A stretch of DNA of 64,000 nt, taken from assembly GCA_965203295.1 (NCBI GenBank), contig CBDBCZ010000006.1, positions 1 to 64,000 on the forward strand, in the 5' to 3' direction. The position numbers and the translations under genes were made by a program. The notes beneath the pieces are model-generated. The model was given only the letters and a program-made list of their open reading frames with translations. It made no database searches and was not told the origin of the DNA. How positions within the stretch are numbered: the first letter of the stretch is position 1; every line of letters starts with the position of its first letter. Positions 27,960 to 41,199 of this stretch are shown here, in pieces. Origin of the DNA: Nitrospirales bacterium (GTDB taxonomy: Bacteria > Nitrospirota > Nitrospiria > Nitrospirales > UBA8639).

Positions 27960-28345
27960 TTTGGTAAGGATCCTAGATTATAACGTAGCCTTGCTTTTAG
28001 AGAGAGTAGATGAAGCATTGAGATACAGAGAATATAAAGACTTTAATGATGGCTTACATAGTAAAGTTAAACTCAGGAACGCGATTGATGTTAAGTTTTG
28101 GTCTGGTACTAATGGTCTGAATGAAGATATCAGGAGTAAAAATGATGATAGGCAGTGTAAGTTATGTGGGGAAGAATGGTACATGTGCTCTGGGAGTGTC
28201 CTGTGTATGATACTATTAGAAATACTTTCATGGAAGACTTAGACAATCTGTTGGTGGAAGATTTTAAAGAGTTTAGTGTACTCAATAATTAGGAGAGGGC
28301 GGGCTTTGTTTTATATACGTAGGTGTGAGGATTTGGAAAGCTTCT
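27960..28345 (+). mobile_element. Degenerate 3' end of a LINE ORF (post-RT Cys/His region)
   Basis: SKVKL..KFWSGTNGLNE..RQCKLCGEE..(H)VLWECP resembles the C-terminal motif of non-LTR ORF2. Confidence 0.6.
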
Positions 28346-30473
28346 AGCAATCTTCCTGTATTCTCCACAGTAGGTACAACTGTGACACAACACTTTACTT
28401 CAATGGATGTACACTGCGTATGCATGTGATATTCATTGATAAGCTCTACTTATAGCTAATTATCCCTGGTTTCATGGTCCTGCAATTCAATGAGTTCCTT
28501 ACAAATACACTGTGGTTTCATGACCTCTAGAATTTCTAACCTGTAAGGGTTTATATACCCCACTGGACTTCAACAGTTTTACTCTACTGTGCAGAATGGA
28601 TGCAGCATCTGGGTGTGGAGTTTGGATGTGACATGCATCAACTATAAGCATATGGCATCCATGCTCCAATTATTGAAGTAGTGTGACACGTGCCATGGTG
28701 GATCCTACTGTGCAGAATATAGTGAATTCATGAAGGCTTCCAGAAGCTGTACATCTAGATAGGCTGACAAACATGGTTTCATGATGAAAATCTAGCTGTA
28801 CATGTGTATCTCAAAGCTAAAATCGTACTTTAAGCATCTGTATATTGCTCTGGCTGTTGTTGCTCACTTATAAGTCTTAGTTACTAAGCCTTGGTGGTTC
28901 AAGAAATCCCATGGGCCATCAGATAGATAAAGAACATAGGATACTTTTATTAAGAAACCACCCAGTTTGATGATCTAACCTCAAAGTTCAAATAATTGGA
29001 ATAATGTCACTGATGACATGCTCCTTCCTATTGTCATGCAGGCAATTCATGATGTTACCAGAAAGCTATATACGTACCCAGCAAGCTAATAAACAGGGCA
29101 TTGATGGGAAGAATGCATGCAGTGTATCTAGGTGTATTACAACTACTGGCAACCTTCCTGTATTCTTCACAGCATCAACCAGCATGGCACATGTCTCACA
29201 CTCCAGCTTGGATGTCACATTCATAGACTATGCAAGCTCCAATTATTGGAGTAGGATTACACCTGGTTCTATGGCCCCATATCACCTGTAGTTAAATGAG
29301 TCCCTTAGAACTAACTAATGTTTCACGACCTGTAGAATATGTACAACTGTAAGGTTTATATCCCCCTAGACTGCAACAGTGGTACTGTGTATGCTGGCAT
29401 TTACTTTGTTACCTGTCACTTGGTTCAGTCTGTCTCTTTCTCGCGATTTATACTGTTAAGTGATTGCTAAACCCAACAGTTACATTGAAATCCCCTAAAA
29501 ATGAATATATGTGAACTAGGGACGGTTCTATTCATCACATTTCTTATTTACCGACGATAGAGTCCACATTTTTAATACAGTCACAACTAGAATACGATGG
29601 GGGCTGAGCAAATGCGGACTCTGGATACGTGTTCATATTGGCTTATTATATATACGTAGAGACACATCCGTGTCAATGTAGCAAGCTACCATACAAGTTT
29701 AACAGGTCCGCCAAGTGTGTATGCAGGTTATACACCTTATTACTAATTCAAACCAGTAGCTGGGACAGCTGGGTTCTAGGCTAGATGCAGACAGTTACCA
29801 GTAATACCATGAGTGTTTTCCTGCAGCCTAGCAACACTGTAGGTAAATTCTAAATAAGCTCCTTCAGCCAAGAGGCTGGTCTGCCAGGAGGTCATAATAC
29901 ATCTAATACAGAAACAGAACCTAACTAAGAAGTACGATAAGCATGTAACAAGTGAAAACATTATCTTTTCGAACCAAAGCGGGACAGTAACAATTCAGTT
30001 CTTTGAAGTGTACACTGGACGTAATTGCTCCAGTAGCCATCCTTCAGCACCTAGCTACCTGTAACTAATTTGCTTGCTTCAAGTCAGTTGTAGCACTCTA
30101 TGTCATAAATTTACTGTACCCACAAACAATTGTCCTTACTCACCTTTAGCACAATATACCATGCAGAGACAGGCTGGGACCATCTGGCTAATGGCCTTTC
30201 TATTGATAAATGCCCACAAAATGCATGCAGTTGGCAGCAATCAAACTTTTCTTTGTAGCCATAAATGAAAGTCATGCTAGTAAATACCATCTTCCTAACT
30301 GGCTACTCCCAGTTTAGTGAGTTGGCTGGATGATTCTACATGTACTGAAAATGCATTGGCATACTTATTTCAACAGCACAGCTATTGACTGTGGTCTCAC
30401 TGCTTTCACACATTAGAATATTTCTCACATCCAGAAGCATGAGCCCCACGAAGCCTAGCTTGCAAGACATTCT

Positions 30474-31930
30474 GACCTTATTTTTCTGAAGATGTAGACT
30501 TCTCCACTTCTACCTTGCTCCAAGGGATGTCATGGAGCACCCAACTCATGCAACTGCCAGTCAGGTCAAGACTGCACATGATAAAAGACATGATTATTAA
30601 TTAACACTCTTAAAACTCTCAGTTCAATAATATATTCATATAGGGAGGTTTGCAAGTTGGTTGTCCACAAGAGAAGGCAAATGGGTAGTGACTCTCAGGT
30701 TCCTAACTAGGTTAGGCTGTCATAATCAAAAGCTAACAGTTTACACATGTTCTGCTATTTGCCTATTGCCCTGGACAAACACCCCCCCTCCCCCCCCCCC
30801 CCCACCCAAAAAAGTATTGGATTCACTCAAGAATGACTACATAATACATTACAAGACTAAATGGAGTCAACATCTGCTCTTTTGTTGCAATCGTTCTCAT
30901 AAAATCAAATTGAATACATGTACAGGTATAACTAGACATTAAATTTGACTGACAGGCTCCTGTGACCCTCTCCAGCTCTACCACATCCGATTGGTTTGAT
31001 CCTTAAACGCGATGGGTTCCAGGATCTAAGGCTGTCAAAGTTACTGGACTAGGACCTGTATTCGCAGCAGAAAATGAATTCGTGTGTTACACAGTCTAGT
31101 AAACTGATGTTGCTCTTGTAACTAGATTTACAGACCAATTAGGACTGCACATGCACTCCCAGGTTTTTAGTGTCAAAACCTTTTTATGTGTAGAAGCTAC
31201 ATACTATGTGCAGTGCTGTATTTGAACTCACATGTTGAGTATAGCTGACGATCCAGACCTTATGTTTCTGAAGATGTAGACTTCTCCACTTCTACCTTGC
31301 TCCAAGGGATGTCATGGAACTCATGCGACTGTCAGTCAGGTCAAAGACTACACATGATAAAAGACATAATTAAGTAATTAACACTCTTTTCATATACAGA
31401 GGTTTGCAAGTTGGTTGTCCACAGGAGAAGGTAAATAGGTAGTGCCTCTCAAAATTGTATGCCTCGAAAATGAGGCTACAAAAAAGTATTGGATTAACTC
31501 AAGAATGAATACATAATACATTACAAGACTAAATGGAGTCAACATCTGCTCTTTTGTTGCAATCGTTCTCATAAAATCAAATTGACTACATGTACAGGTA
31601 TAACTAGACATTAAATTTGACTGACAGGCTCCTGTGACCCTCTCCAGCTCTACCACATCCGATTGGTTTGATTCTTAAATGCGATGGGTTTCAGGATCTA
31701 AGGCTGTCAAAGTTACTGGACTAGAACCTGTATTCGCAGCAGAAAATGAATTCATGGTTAACACAGTCTAGTAAACTGATGTTGCTCTTGTAACTAGATG
31801 TACAGACCAATTAGGACTGCTCATGCACTGCCAGGTTTTTAGTGTCAAAACCTTTTTATGTGTAGAAGCTACATACTACATGCAGTGCTGCATTTGAACT
31901 CACATGTTGAGTATAGCTGACGATCCAGAC
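30474..31930. repeat. Tandem duplication (copies 30474-31258 and 31259-31930, offset 672 bp in the distal part)
   Basis: 30961 matches 31633 and 31201 matches 31873. GAC microhomology at the junction. It duplicates the last exon of the carbonic anhydrase gene. Confidence 0.9.
30483..30575 (-). pseudogene. Possible FG-GAP (integrin-alpha type) repeat relic; second copy at ~31265-31345
   Basis: Reads DL..AV..GAP*HPLEQGRSGEVYIFR, resembling DLAVGAP..G.VYIF with small insertions. Confidence 0.35.
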
Positions 31931-33264
31931 TGCAGCTAAAACTAGTTGGAGTACCAGTGTTACTAAACTCTACAGTGGCAGAGTTCCCAAACACTGTCAC
32001 ACGACGGTTGATTGGATATACCGTGCAGAATTGATTGTCACCACTTATCCACACTCGAGAACGTATCACAGCTTTATCACCACTGACGATATCAATGGCA
32101 ATTACTCGAAGGAGAAAACTGCCAACTTCAAGGCCAGTAAAAGTGATATTGCCATTGGCACCTGCAGAGGAAGAAATAAGCTGTATGGCATCCATATATA
32201 TAATTGTGTAACAGCATGTGGGATTTGGGACCACCATGCATTTCTAGTTATCACATTCGACCTCATGTATTCCCACAATGAGCTTAATATGTTTAAATAC
32301 AGCATGCATGCTTACAATCCTGCGTGATAGTGCCACTAGGGCCTTCCAGACGACATGTGAGAAAGATATCAGTTCCAGGCGTATTGGTAGCAAACTTAGC
32401 ATGGAGAATACCACTGCCGTTGACTTGTGGGGTGTCGTTTATAAAGACAAGATCAAGCGCTAATGAGGAGGGAAGAACGGATACAATACGGCCATTGAGA
32501 GGCTGGGCATCTCTGTTGTTAAGTGTAATAGGCCCATCATAGTTCCGAACTGTTCGCAGTTGTTCCAAGAAAGGTCTTGGCACTTTGATCCTGTTCTGCA
32601 ACACAAACCACTGTACAAATTCATAGCAAGGTGGGCTCGTTTGAGAACCTGGATAGTAGTAGTTGTGCCTATTCTCCGGCAAAACTGAGGGATAACTCAA
32701 TCCAGTTACTGCAGTACTGTTTCCAGCCCCGATAATTGCAGAGATGTTGAGTTTCTCCCAGACTCCTGAAATTTCAGCAGTGTCATCCACTTCTGCGAGC
32801 ACACTTATGACAGAAATAAGGTCACCGAGACTTGTGTTACTAAGGTTTACTAAGCCTTCTCCTTGTAATAAGGTCACAAAGTGGAACTCCAGTCCGAATT
32901 CTTCTCCGTTTATGCGATGCCCCGTACCGTGGTCATTTTCGCGTCCCCAGTGCAGGTGAAAATTGAGGAGGTCAAGGTGATTGCGAACGGTAGCCGTTCC
33001 ACCAGTAGAGGCAACAAACCGGGGGGTTAGACCATTGTTCGAAAACGTCCCGTCAAGCGTAGCAGTCCAGACATCGTTAAATTCGAGCTCCTTGAGGCTA
33101 GAATTCCTCTGTACATCTCGCGTTATTATGTCGATTGGAGTCTGACGCATTGTTGTAGGTAAATTCCATAGATCCTGCCTGTCATACGAGAAACCTGTCT
33201 GAGAGTTTGATCTCTCGATAGATACGAGGAGAGCTGCAAACACTGTCACCCCAATAGGATTCAT
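31604..33264 (-). pseudogene. Secreted alpha-carbonic anhydrase with two C-terminal Ig/FN3-like repeats; 3 exons (33264-32316, 32161-31904, 31727-31604), last exon frameshifted
   Basis: Signal peptide plus RQTPIDI, NFHLHWG, EFHFV, GSQTSPPCYE.V.W and N.R..QPLNGR motifs. Two GT-AG phase-1 introns. Premature TAA at 31677-31675. Confidence 0.85.
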
Positions 33265-33615
33265 TTTTGGTCACGGTGCAACATGCACCAATCACTGAGC
33301 GAAGTGAGTTGTGAGTAGCTAGCTCACTCTATTAGCTTCTTCAAAACCACACAATCGTGCGAAGAAAAAGGTCAACAGAACCGGGCACACCCACAATACC
33401 CACCCACTACACAAAATAGCCCAGCCACCTGCAGCCACGTACAATAATGCGCCTGGAAGACTAGAGGCCGAAGCACGCGCAGGCTCGCTGTAATAGTGAG
33501 CGCTTCCAACTCTCCCGTACAGAGTTCTATAGCGAAGGTAAGTGCTCGCTGCGAGTTTTGTAGGCTATTAGTATAAGCTTATGTCTGGAAAAGTGGCTGG
33601 GTAATAAAGGGATGG

Positions 33616-33657
33616 TAGCCTCGCGTAGCCAGCCCCTCGCGCTTCTATGCGAGACTA
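33616..33657. mobile_element. 42-bp AcademH-like mini-element (TAG..CTA ends, 9-bp TSD)
   Basis: TAGCCTCGCGTAG...CTATGCGAGACTA flanked by AAGGGATGG / TAGGGATGG. Confidence 0.65.
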
Positions 33658-33774
33658 TAGGGATGGGTGGACCATGACGACGAGAGTATAGTGGTTAGTC
33701 TAGCTGCTAGCCCCTCCCTCTCACCGGGAAAATTGGAGAGGGAGGGGCTAGACTAGTAACCGAACCAGCTAAGC

Positions 33775-35510
33775 ATTCTCTTACAGGAATAGTCTAGGGG
33801 GAAGTCTGGGCACCTCTGTGTTGGCCAGTAAGTAGGTGGATCAACAGAATGGCCCGATGCTTGTATCTTCCAGCCCTATAGTGTTTGGAGGGTGAAGATG
33901 AGGGGGACCCAAGCTGGGCCCCCCAATATCAGCTCAGGGGAGAGTGCCTGCATTCTTACCCCCCAAACCTATGTGACAAATGTGAGCGAAAAATGTGCCA
34001 GGTTCTCTCTAGGTGCACAGATGTAGGTAAAGGCAGCACTGCTCCAACATCCTAATGTCTGGATTATAGAATCCTCAGTTGCTGCCCCAATACGGTAACT
34101 CGTCCTGCTAAGTGGAGGCCTATTGCTTGCAGGGCTTGACTTTACCAGGTGGGATGGGACTGGGTACGAGGCTAGGCTTGACAGACCTTGGCAACAAATT
34201 TTGGCTTGGTCAAATCAAAGAATGGCCCCTCAGCTGAGCCCCGAACTGTTATGTTGGCTACAACAGCTGCCTCTGGACAAATAGGGGTGTGAGTACTATC
34301 CACGAAAATATTAATATATGCCTTTTTTAATGTGGTCACATTTCAATCGCTTCAGAGGAATCCGAATTGCAGCTGGGTTCACATGATTGTCCACTGCAAT
34401 ATCACCCCAGCTGAGGAGTGTTGTTGGGTCAAAGCTCTACAGCTCACCTGACCGAAAAACCAACCCATAAAACAAAGGTAGGCCGCTGAACATGCATAGG
34501 ATTATTATGTCAGGATCCAAGGAATTTGTTAACCAGTGTTCTCTGATGTGAGACAGTACTGCAGGGGTAATTGGGGGGCAGACCCTTGGTGGCATAGAGA
34601 CCCTCTGTATTTGAGTGCGTTGAATTTCCATTTGTACAAATTGTAGGCGGGGTAACGAGGAGAATTCCCGTGGCCCAGAATGATCTGCATATAGCGGATT
34701 GCTGAGAGATAGGTCTTAACCGTTTGTGCGGTGAGTTGTTGAGTTGCAAGATAGGAGGATGTATAATAACAAAGTCAATACTGGGAACTAAGTAGGAGAC
34801 TATACCGTAACAGAACAATCATAAATAATAGAGCACGTAACGTGCACTGTTTGTTACAATGAGCTAAATGGCCCAAAACAAGGCAAAGCTGATTTGTGAG
34901 TCTTGTGAGTCGAATCTGCTATGCCTTTCTGACAGAAACAGCTGGGTCCAGCCAGCTGATGTCCAATCCAGCTGGGGGTGGAGCAGCCACTGCAGTAGGG
35001 AAGAGGATATGGGCAAAAGCATAGATAATTGAGCACGTCCTCTATTATCTATGGTGAAGGTAAACTGCTGGCTTCAGGGACTTTCTCTTGGAAGGCAGTT
35101 ACGTGTATCTGGTTGCGGGTGAGGTCATCCGCACACTAATTATCCACTCTGGGCAGGTGTTCAGGCGAAAACTAAAATTGAAAGTAGGCCTCTATGAAAG
35201 GAGGCATGGAACACCTATACTAGATCTCGCTCCCGGCTAGCGGTAACGGCTGTTATTATGTCACAGTGGGACATCACCTTTTGACCACTGCAGGAATGCC
35301 CCCAGATTGCTCCTGCAATGACTGTCGGCAACAGTTCCTTCACAGCAATCTGCTTTGACATCAGGGATTGGTTCCATTGCCGCACCAAGCTCCACAACTC
35401 CATGAGCCTGATGCGTCCGAGGTAAGTGACTCTGGGCACTTGGTGCGTTGTGTGTGCAGTAGAGATGGGCCGGGAACTCCTCAGCGTAAGGGAGGTCTTT
35501 CTGCATAAAT
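33775..35510 (-). mobile_element. Degenerate DIRS/Ngaro-type tyrosine-recombinase retrotransposon (RNase H and YR remnants)
   Basis: RNase H: IAVKELLPTVIAGAIWG..VMSHCD. YR: GIADSTHKT, PITPAVL, FRSGEL and SYRIGAAT..IQTLGCWSS. Many frameshifts; the boundaries are approximate. Confidence 0.85.
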
Positions 35511-35559
35511 GTAGTGACCTCTTTGTCCTAATTATTTAGATGGGAAGGGGAGGTTGTGT

Positions 35560-35850
35560 GTATAGAACCCTAATTTGACAACAATATTATAACAGTTATT
35601 ATGTTGAATAGATTGTTACATGCGTATACATCACCATATAAATGCAGCAGCAAGGGGTTGGGGTCACTGGAAGGACAGCAAGTGTTGGTGATGGGTGGCT
35701 TACCCTGCCACGCCAGTGCTTGGTGGGCAGTCTTCAGTTTCTGCTCTGCATAGCTTACATAACCTATTTCTGAAGGGGTATTTTAGGGTATCTATATACC
35801 TCCAAGGGTATAGGCAACCACACCTTAGTTGACGTCTCATTCTTTCTCGG
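35560..35850 (-). mobile_element. LINE ORF2 C-terminal remnant
   Basis: LRCGCL....R..K.PF.NRLCKLC motif typical of the end of non-LTR ORF2. Confidence 0.55.
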
Positions 35851-37036
35851 TATAATCTTACTAACATAGGTTTAATTAATGGGAAATTCCTATATGACAC
35901 CAGCCTGCCCCCACTTTCCGATTCTACAGGAACTCTGTCCACTTCAGTCCGACAGCGGGAATATGCGGGATTGAATCAAAATTTTCAATACTATAGCCAG
36001 ATGCTCTTGCCATAGATATGTTTCTGCCTAGCTACTGACCAGGCCAGCCCCGGTATGTGGTAAAAGCCTATTTGTTTCAGGAACAAGAAGCTGGTAAATC
36101 AATACATGTAATATATTGGCTGCAATCCCAAGACTCCCCAGCTTTGTCACTTGCAGTGCACTTTCAATGGGGGGGAGCCTGGAACGAGTTAACGCAATAT
36201 AGTTAAACGAAGGAACAATGCAGTGAATTTCAATAGGCATGCAGTTCTTATGTGATGGACACAGAGCAGTATAGCTAATTAATTCTTATCCATCATTGAT
36301 GTGAAACAGTAAACAGATTAGCAAGCACCAAAAAGGGACATGCATATAATTTAATGTTACAAGATGGAGTGGGCATGTAGTTGGCAAACTGATGTAAGTT
36401 TAGTTCTGATGTGGTGCCATATTCAGTGATATACCGCAGCACGCATGCAGCATAGCAAGAGTGTCTCTCAAGCAGAACTGTGTAAGGTTGTAGAGACTAG
36501 ATGCGAGTCACTATGAGATTTCAGAGAAAAACGTGTGACTCGTATCAGTTGCGAACAGGTTTAGAACAGCTGCTGAGCTGTGTATACAGAATATAGACAG
36601 TGTACTTCTCCATCTATCACGCCAATACACTTTAGTAGCTCAACATTTTCAGACATGTCATGCAGATGCAAGTGATTATTTTTCAAAGGAAAGCCATTGG
36701 ACTACAAAACTACAGAGTCTTTTTGGAGAAATTTATTATATATATGACTAATTTGTGAGCTGCTCGGCTGCCTTAGTTCACTTAGTCTAGTACTGTCGTG
36801 ACCGTGTGATAATAAAGTAACCTGTCTAGGTATAGGAATATGAAAAGGGCTTTGCCAGACCAACTCCCATGAATAACTTCATTTGAGAATGGTAATTAAG
36901 GTAACCCAGTTGCTGGTAATAATTGTTAACATTTGCTGGTCAGATAATACACCTACGATAATAAGAAAAGAACGGCAATGATCTAGCTAGAGCAGTCGTA
37001 CAGGTGGGCCTACCATCATCTACTGGCATTAATTAA

Positions 37037-37177
37037 CCCTTTACCAACCATAAGAAACAGCTTAAATAAGCAATAAAGCCTTTACAAAGTATTAACGGCT
37101 AGTATTAAACCCCCATATAATTCATATGGGCTTATGGGAGCTCATGACGCATATATGCGTCATTGGTTGGTAAAGAG
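37037..37177. mobile_element. 141-bp piggyBac-type MITE
   Basis: TTAA|CCCTTTACCAACCA ... TGGTTGGTAAAGAG|TTAA (13/14 TIR match, TTAA TSD). Internal palindrome ATGACGCATATATGCGTCAT. Confidence 0.85.
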
Positions 37178-38210
37178 TTAAAAAAGCTGGCCTCTCCACT
37201 CAGAAGCTCCACTACGAAACTATTATTAGTGCTGGTTGAGTATGTGTCTTTTAGCCAGCTGTGATTTTTTTGTAGTGGCGTACTGGTCATCTTTTGACTT
37301 GGTTTGACTGAAAAAGTGACAACGTCCTTCAAAAGTGAAACTTCAAAGCCTAATTAATTACTCACCCACCTATTAGTTCAGTGGGCTTTTCCTGTTAAGG
37401 TAGTGTAGGACTGGTTATAATTGCACATTTTATAATTGTGCTTTGCGTGTGCATAAATTCGCGTGCGTACTCATGATTGCGTTTTTATTTTTTTGTAGCT
37501 TATTAAACAGATTATCGCAATTAAAGCTGGTCCTATGGTATAGCATAGGCAAAAGGACAATTTCTTGTTGAAGAAGCTCATAGCTAGTTACTTTTACCAT
37601 TTATGATTTTTCTGCCTCTACACTGCCTTTTCTCACTAGCTAATAGGACTATATCAAAAAGCACCTCGGTAGATTATTTTCAATTTTTAAGAGCCTGTAA
37701 AAGTTCAGGTAGGTCAGCCTCAAAGAACTGGTGGGTGAAAACACCATCCCAAGCATGGCAGTTCTTGGGACCACTTCTGCCATTTGTGCCAGAAGTCACA
37801 GGAGGTCGTGCACTGTTACAATACCAGTTATTTCACAGCTTCTTTCAGGGATTCTCCAACACAATTTTCTATTGCGATACAAAGCACTGTCACAACAAAG
37901 CCACCAAGTGTGATGACTTGTACAGTGGCAAAATTATCAATCTGTGTTTGTCTTAAAATTTCAGAAAGCATTTATCTCATCTCTAGTGTTTTATAGAACG
38001 AGAGCAGTAGGATAATATATAGGCGCATATCCTACACTTCTGTACGTCCTTAGTTCCAGCTACTTAACGATAATTACGCATATGCGCAGTAGTGGGATAA
38101 GTCAGATAGACCACACCCCCTCAGAGGGTATGCACCCAAAATATCCTCGGTTTTACCTCTTGGCTGTGCCCCAGGTAAAACTGCATCCGCGGAGGATATA
38201 TGTGCACATA

Positions 38211-38385
38211 CAGTGGAACCCCTCCTAAAGGACACCCCTGAATTATAGCCACCTCTGTATTAAGGACACTTTGCTATGTCCCAAATATGCTTTCTTAATG
38301 TAAATTTACCCCTGAAGTGAGGACCCCTCTCTATACAGGACATTTAACCAGTTCCTCAAGGTTTCCACAATAGAGGGGTTCACTG
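38211..38385. mobile_element. 175-bp Tc1/mariner (pogo/Tigger-like) MITE
   Basis: TA|CAGTGGAACCCCTC ... GAGGGGTTCACTG|TA. Confidence 0.85.
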
Positions 38386-39309
38386 TACTACATGTTTTCC
38401 TGGTTTCGATCGATCAGAACTGGATATGATTATTGATCACATCTGTGCGTATTAACTTATTGCTGTATACTTTTGCACCTTTCTCAGCCATAATTTGCAT
38501 TGTTTAGACTACACCCACAATAATGATTTGAGACTTACGTATACCGGTATATAGTATAAGGAAATCCCTTACCACTAGGCCAATGTGGGTGAACCTGAGT
38601 GAGAGAAGAATAAGAGTGTTAAGTTAGTACATTTTGTGAGGCACAGCAGCTGTTTGGTTTCATCCCACTGTTGCAGTATTGTCACAGTTGACCTTCTATC
38701 ACAAGTACTGTTTCAGTTATGCATTCTCTTTCTGCAAGCAGAAAAGCTATATGTCCAAAAGCTATATGTCCAATCGGTGAATATTATTGCTATACCACCT
38801 GCTGGTGTTCGGAGGTGATATATCACTGATATACACCTCCTGGTTTATATATTACATATACTGCCATAGCGCTTACGCCACTGACCATGCATGCACCCAC
38901 ATACGCAGGCGGGGCTTGCAAGATCTCCAATCAACGGACAAGAGCAAGAGCAACCACGTCTTGATTACCGTATACATACTTTATTCTTCCTAGTATTCCA
39001 GATTAATACTACGAACTCTTATAACTTGTTTTAATAAAGCCTTAAAATCTTACCTGTCCCAATTCTCACATCACTATCTGCAGATTAAAATGCTTACTTC
39101 AACTGAAGCTCTTGATTTCATTAAAATTCCTCTCCAAATGATTAAAACATTGATAAAATGATGGAACTATAAGTTAAGTGTAAACAACCCATAATAGACA
39201 TATTCACACATTGAAAGTAGAATTAAATACATATGACAGTATCGATACAACTTTGATGTATACGCACATGTATAAAAATCACATCACTATCTGCAGATTT
39301 AAATGCTTA

Positions 39310-39685
39310 CTCAACTGAAGCTCTTGTTTTCCTTATTAGAATCCTTGATCAGCCTCTCCAACTGATCACTTTGTAGTGATTCCCCACCCGTACAAATACT
39401 TGTGGATGTCATATGCAGCTTTTACTAGAACTAAGCGATCGAATGGAACAGCAAAAGCATCAAAGACGACACCAGCATTGCTAAGGCTATGGACTACTAT
39501 GTTCAGACAAGTTCGAGTGATTCAAGCTGTTGCAGCAAATTTGCCTGCTTGTATGCCGACCTTGATACCTGAATCAATTATTTTGTATCCACCAATGATC
39601 AAGAGTGCGTTTACAACTTGCCCTCTTCAAAATACAAGTAGACCTATAACATATTTTACAAGCTCAAAGTTTTCAGATATTACTA
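39310..39685 (-). pseudogene. Apolipoprotein L-like 3' exon, copy 1
   Basis: Phase-1 acceptor (tttcatgtag|ta). Reads GGYKIIDSGIKVGIQAGKFAATA*..HSLSNAGVVFDAFAVPFDRLVLVKAAYDIH, resembling the APOL C-terminus; contains stops. Confidence 0.6.
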
Positions 39686-41199
39686 CTACATGAAATTTTA
39701 GTCATACGTATATTACAACAACTTCATTATGATTAGATTATTATTTTAATTAGGGCTACCTGCAGACTGTATAGAATTCCTGGCACACTCCTGCACTTAA
39801 AATTTCATGCAGTCCTGGTGGCGTGACTATGATTTGGCATATGGTGCGAGTCATCCCACATGAGATTATAAGCAATAATTTTCATTACATACACTGCCAG
39901 TTTTCCTTTTCCTGGAATGGTAGACTAATGCTTTCACTAGTTCATGCCAGTATATTTGTGCTATACAAATAGAGCAAGTAAGCTAATATAGAAAAGTAGT
40001 ATAAGTTGTGTGGATTTATCACGGTCAAATTTTCAAACCATAGTTTGTACTTCCTTGGAAAATGGTTTTAGCTCAGGACTTAGTTGAAAAAATATAGTGA
40101 CATAACAGACAGCTAGTAGATTACAGAGCCTAATGAGAAGCTAATTGTAATCAATACAACTACAGAACTGACACAAAAGCAAATTCATACTACAATGCTG
40201 AGAAAAAGTTAATAACCGTCTGTTGAAGTTGCGGCTTTTCCCGCCTGTTTAATAATTCACTGTAAATTGTGATCTTCTTGACTGTGTTTGGACCTTTCTG
40301 CTTCCTTCTGAATTGTTGTTTGCACTTCAGGTTACTGTAGCCGGACTAGCTGAACTCTTGAAAATTGAAAGTGTACAACCACCACCATTCAATAATGTTC
40401 TCTGATTGTCAGCTACTCCACAATTAAAGAGGTGTTGCCTATAACCTCATGTAGGGGGACTCACGAATATGCTGCATCATTTAATTAATGTAGTTGGGGC
40501 AGCTACCACACAAGAATAGGAGCTTCTCTCTCCATCAGCTGATGTTGCTGCTCCAATTCTGTTCCCACATACCAGCATGGATTCTTCGAAAGTTTTTTTG
40601 AAAAGTTATTTTGAAAACTGTTCAACCAAGAGCACATTGTGGTGTTCTGAGTTAATCCATATCACACATTTGCACCATTTGCTGTGCAGTTTCAATTAGT
40701 ATACACATGGACACTAGCAAGTAGCTACAGGGTCATGTAAAGTGTTTTCGTAGGAATGTATAGCTCAGAGGAGACACACTACAGCCAAAGACTACAGCAC
40801 ATTCACAAGGTTTGCATTGTCCTGAGGTTGTACATAACAATTAATATACACTTATTCCTCTACTCATCCATATCATATTCTATGCTCACTCACGTCTCTG
40901 CTCACCCATAACCTGTACACTTGGGAGTGCAGTTGACTCAAATAAGCTATAATTATAGACACCAAAGCACTACAGTTAGCACTTTACGACGTTTAATGAG
41001 AGGCTTTCACATAGGGTACTGGATTATTTGGACTGCAACTCAAGGGGGGGGGGGCAAAACATATTATCTCAGAAAGTGTTGTAGTTTCATTGGCTCAGAA
41101 GAAATGGGCTAGTCTAGTGCAAAACAACCACGAGATTGGTGATAATGTTATAAGTAGTCATACAGGGCATTGCACTCTCACTATCACTGCGACATATAA

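Noticed and set aside
28337..29390. Saposin-like LECETCAMLVDAV on the minus strand
   Set aside because: The region is a set of rearranged direct and inverted copies of a short repeat, with no further Cys pattern or exon structure.
37700..37920. Possible GNAT-like coding relic on the minus strand
   Set aside because: It needs several frameshifts and the motif evidence is too weak.
40330..40700. Possible Crypton recombinase remnants
   Set aside because: Only a vague resemblance; no catalytic motif is readable.
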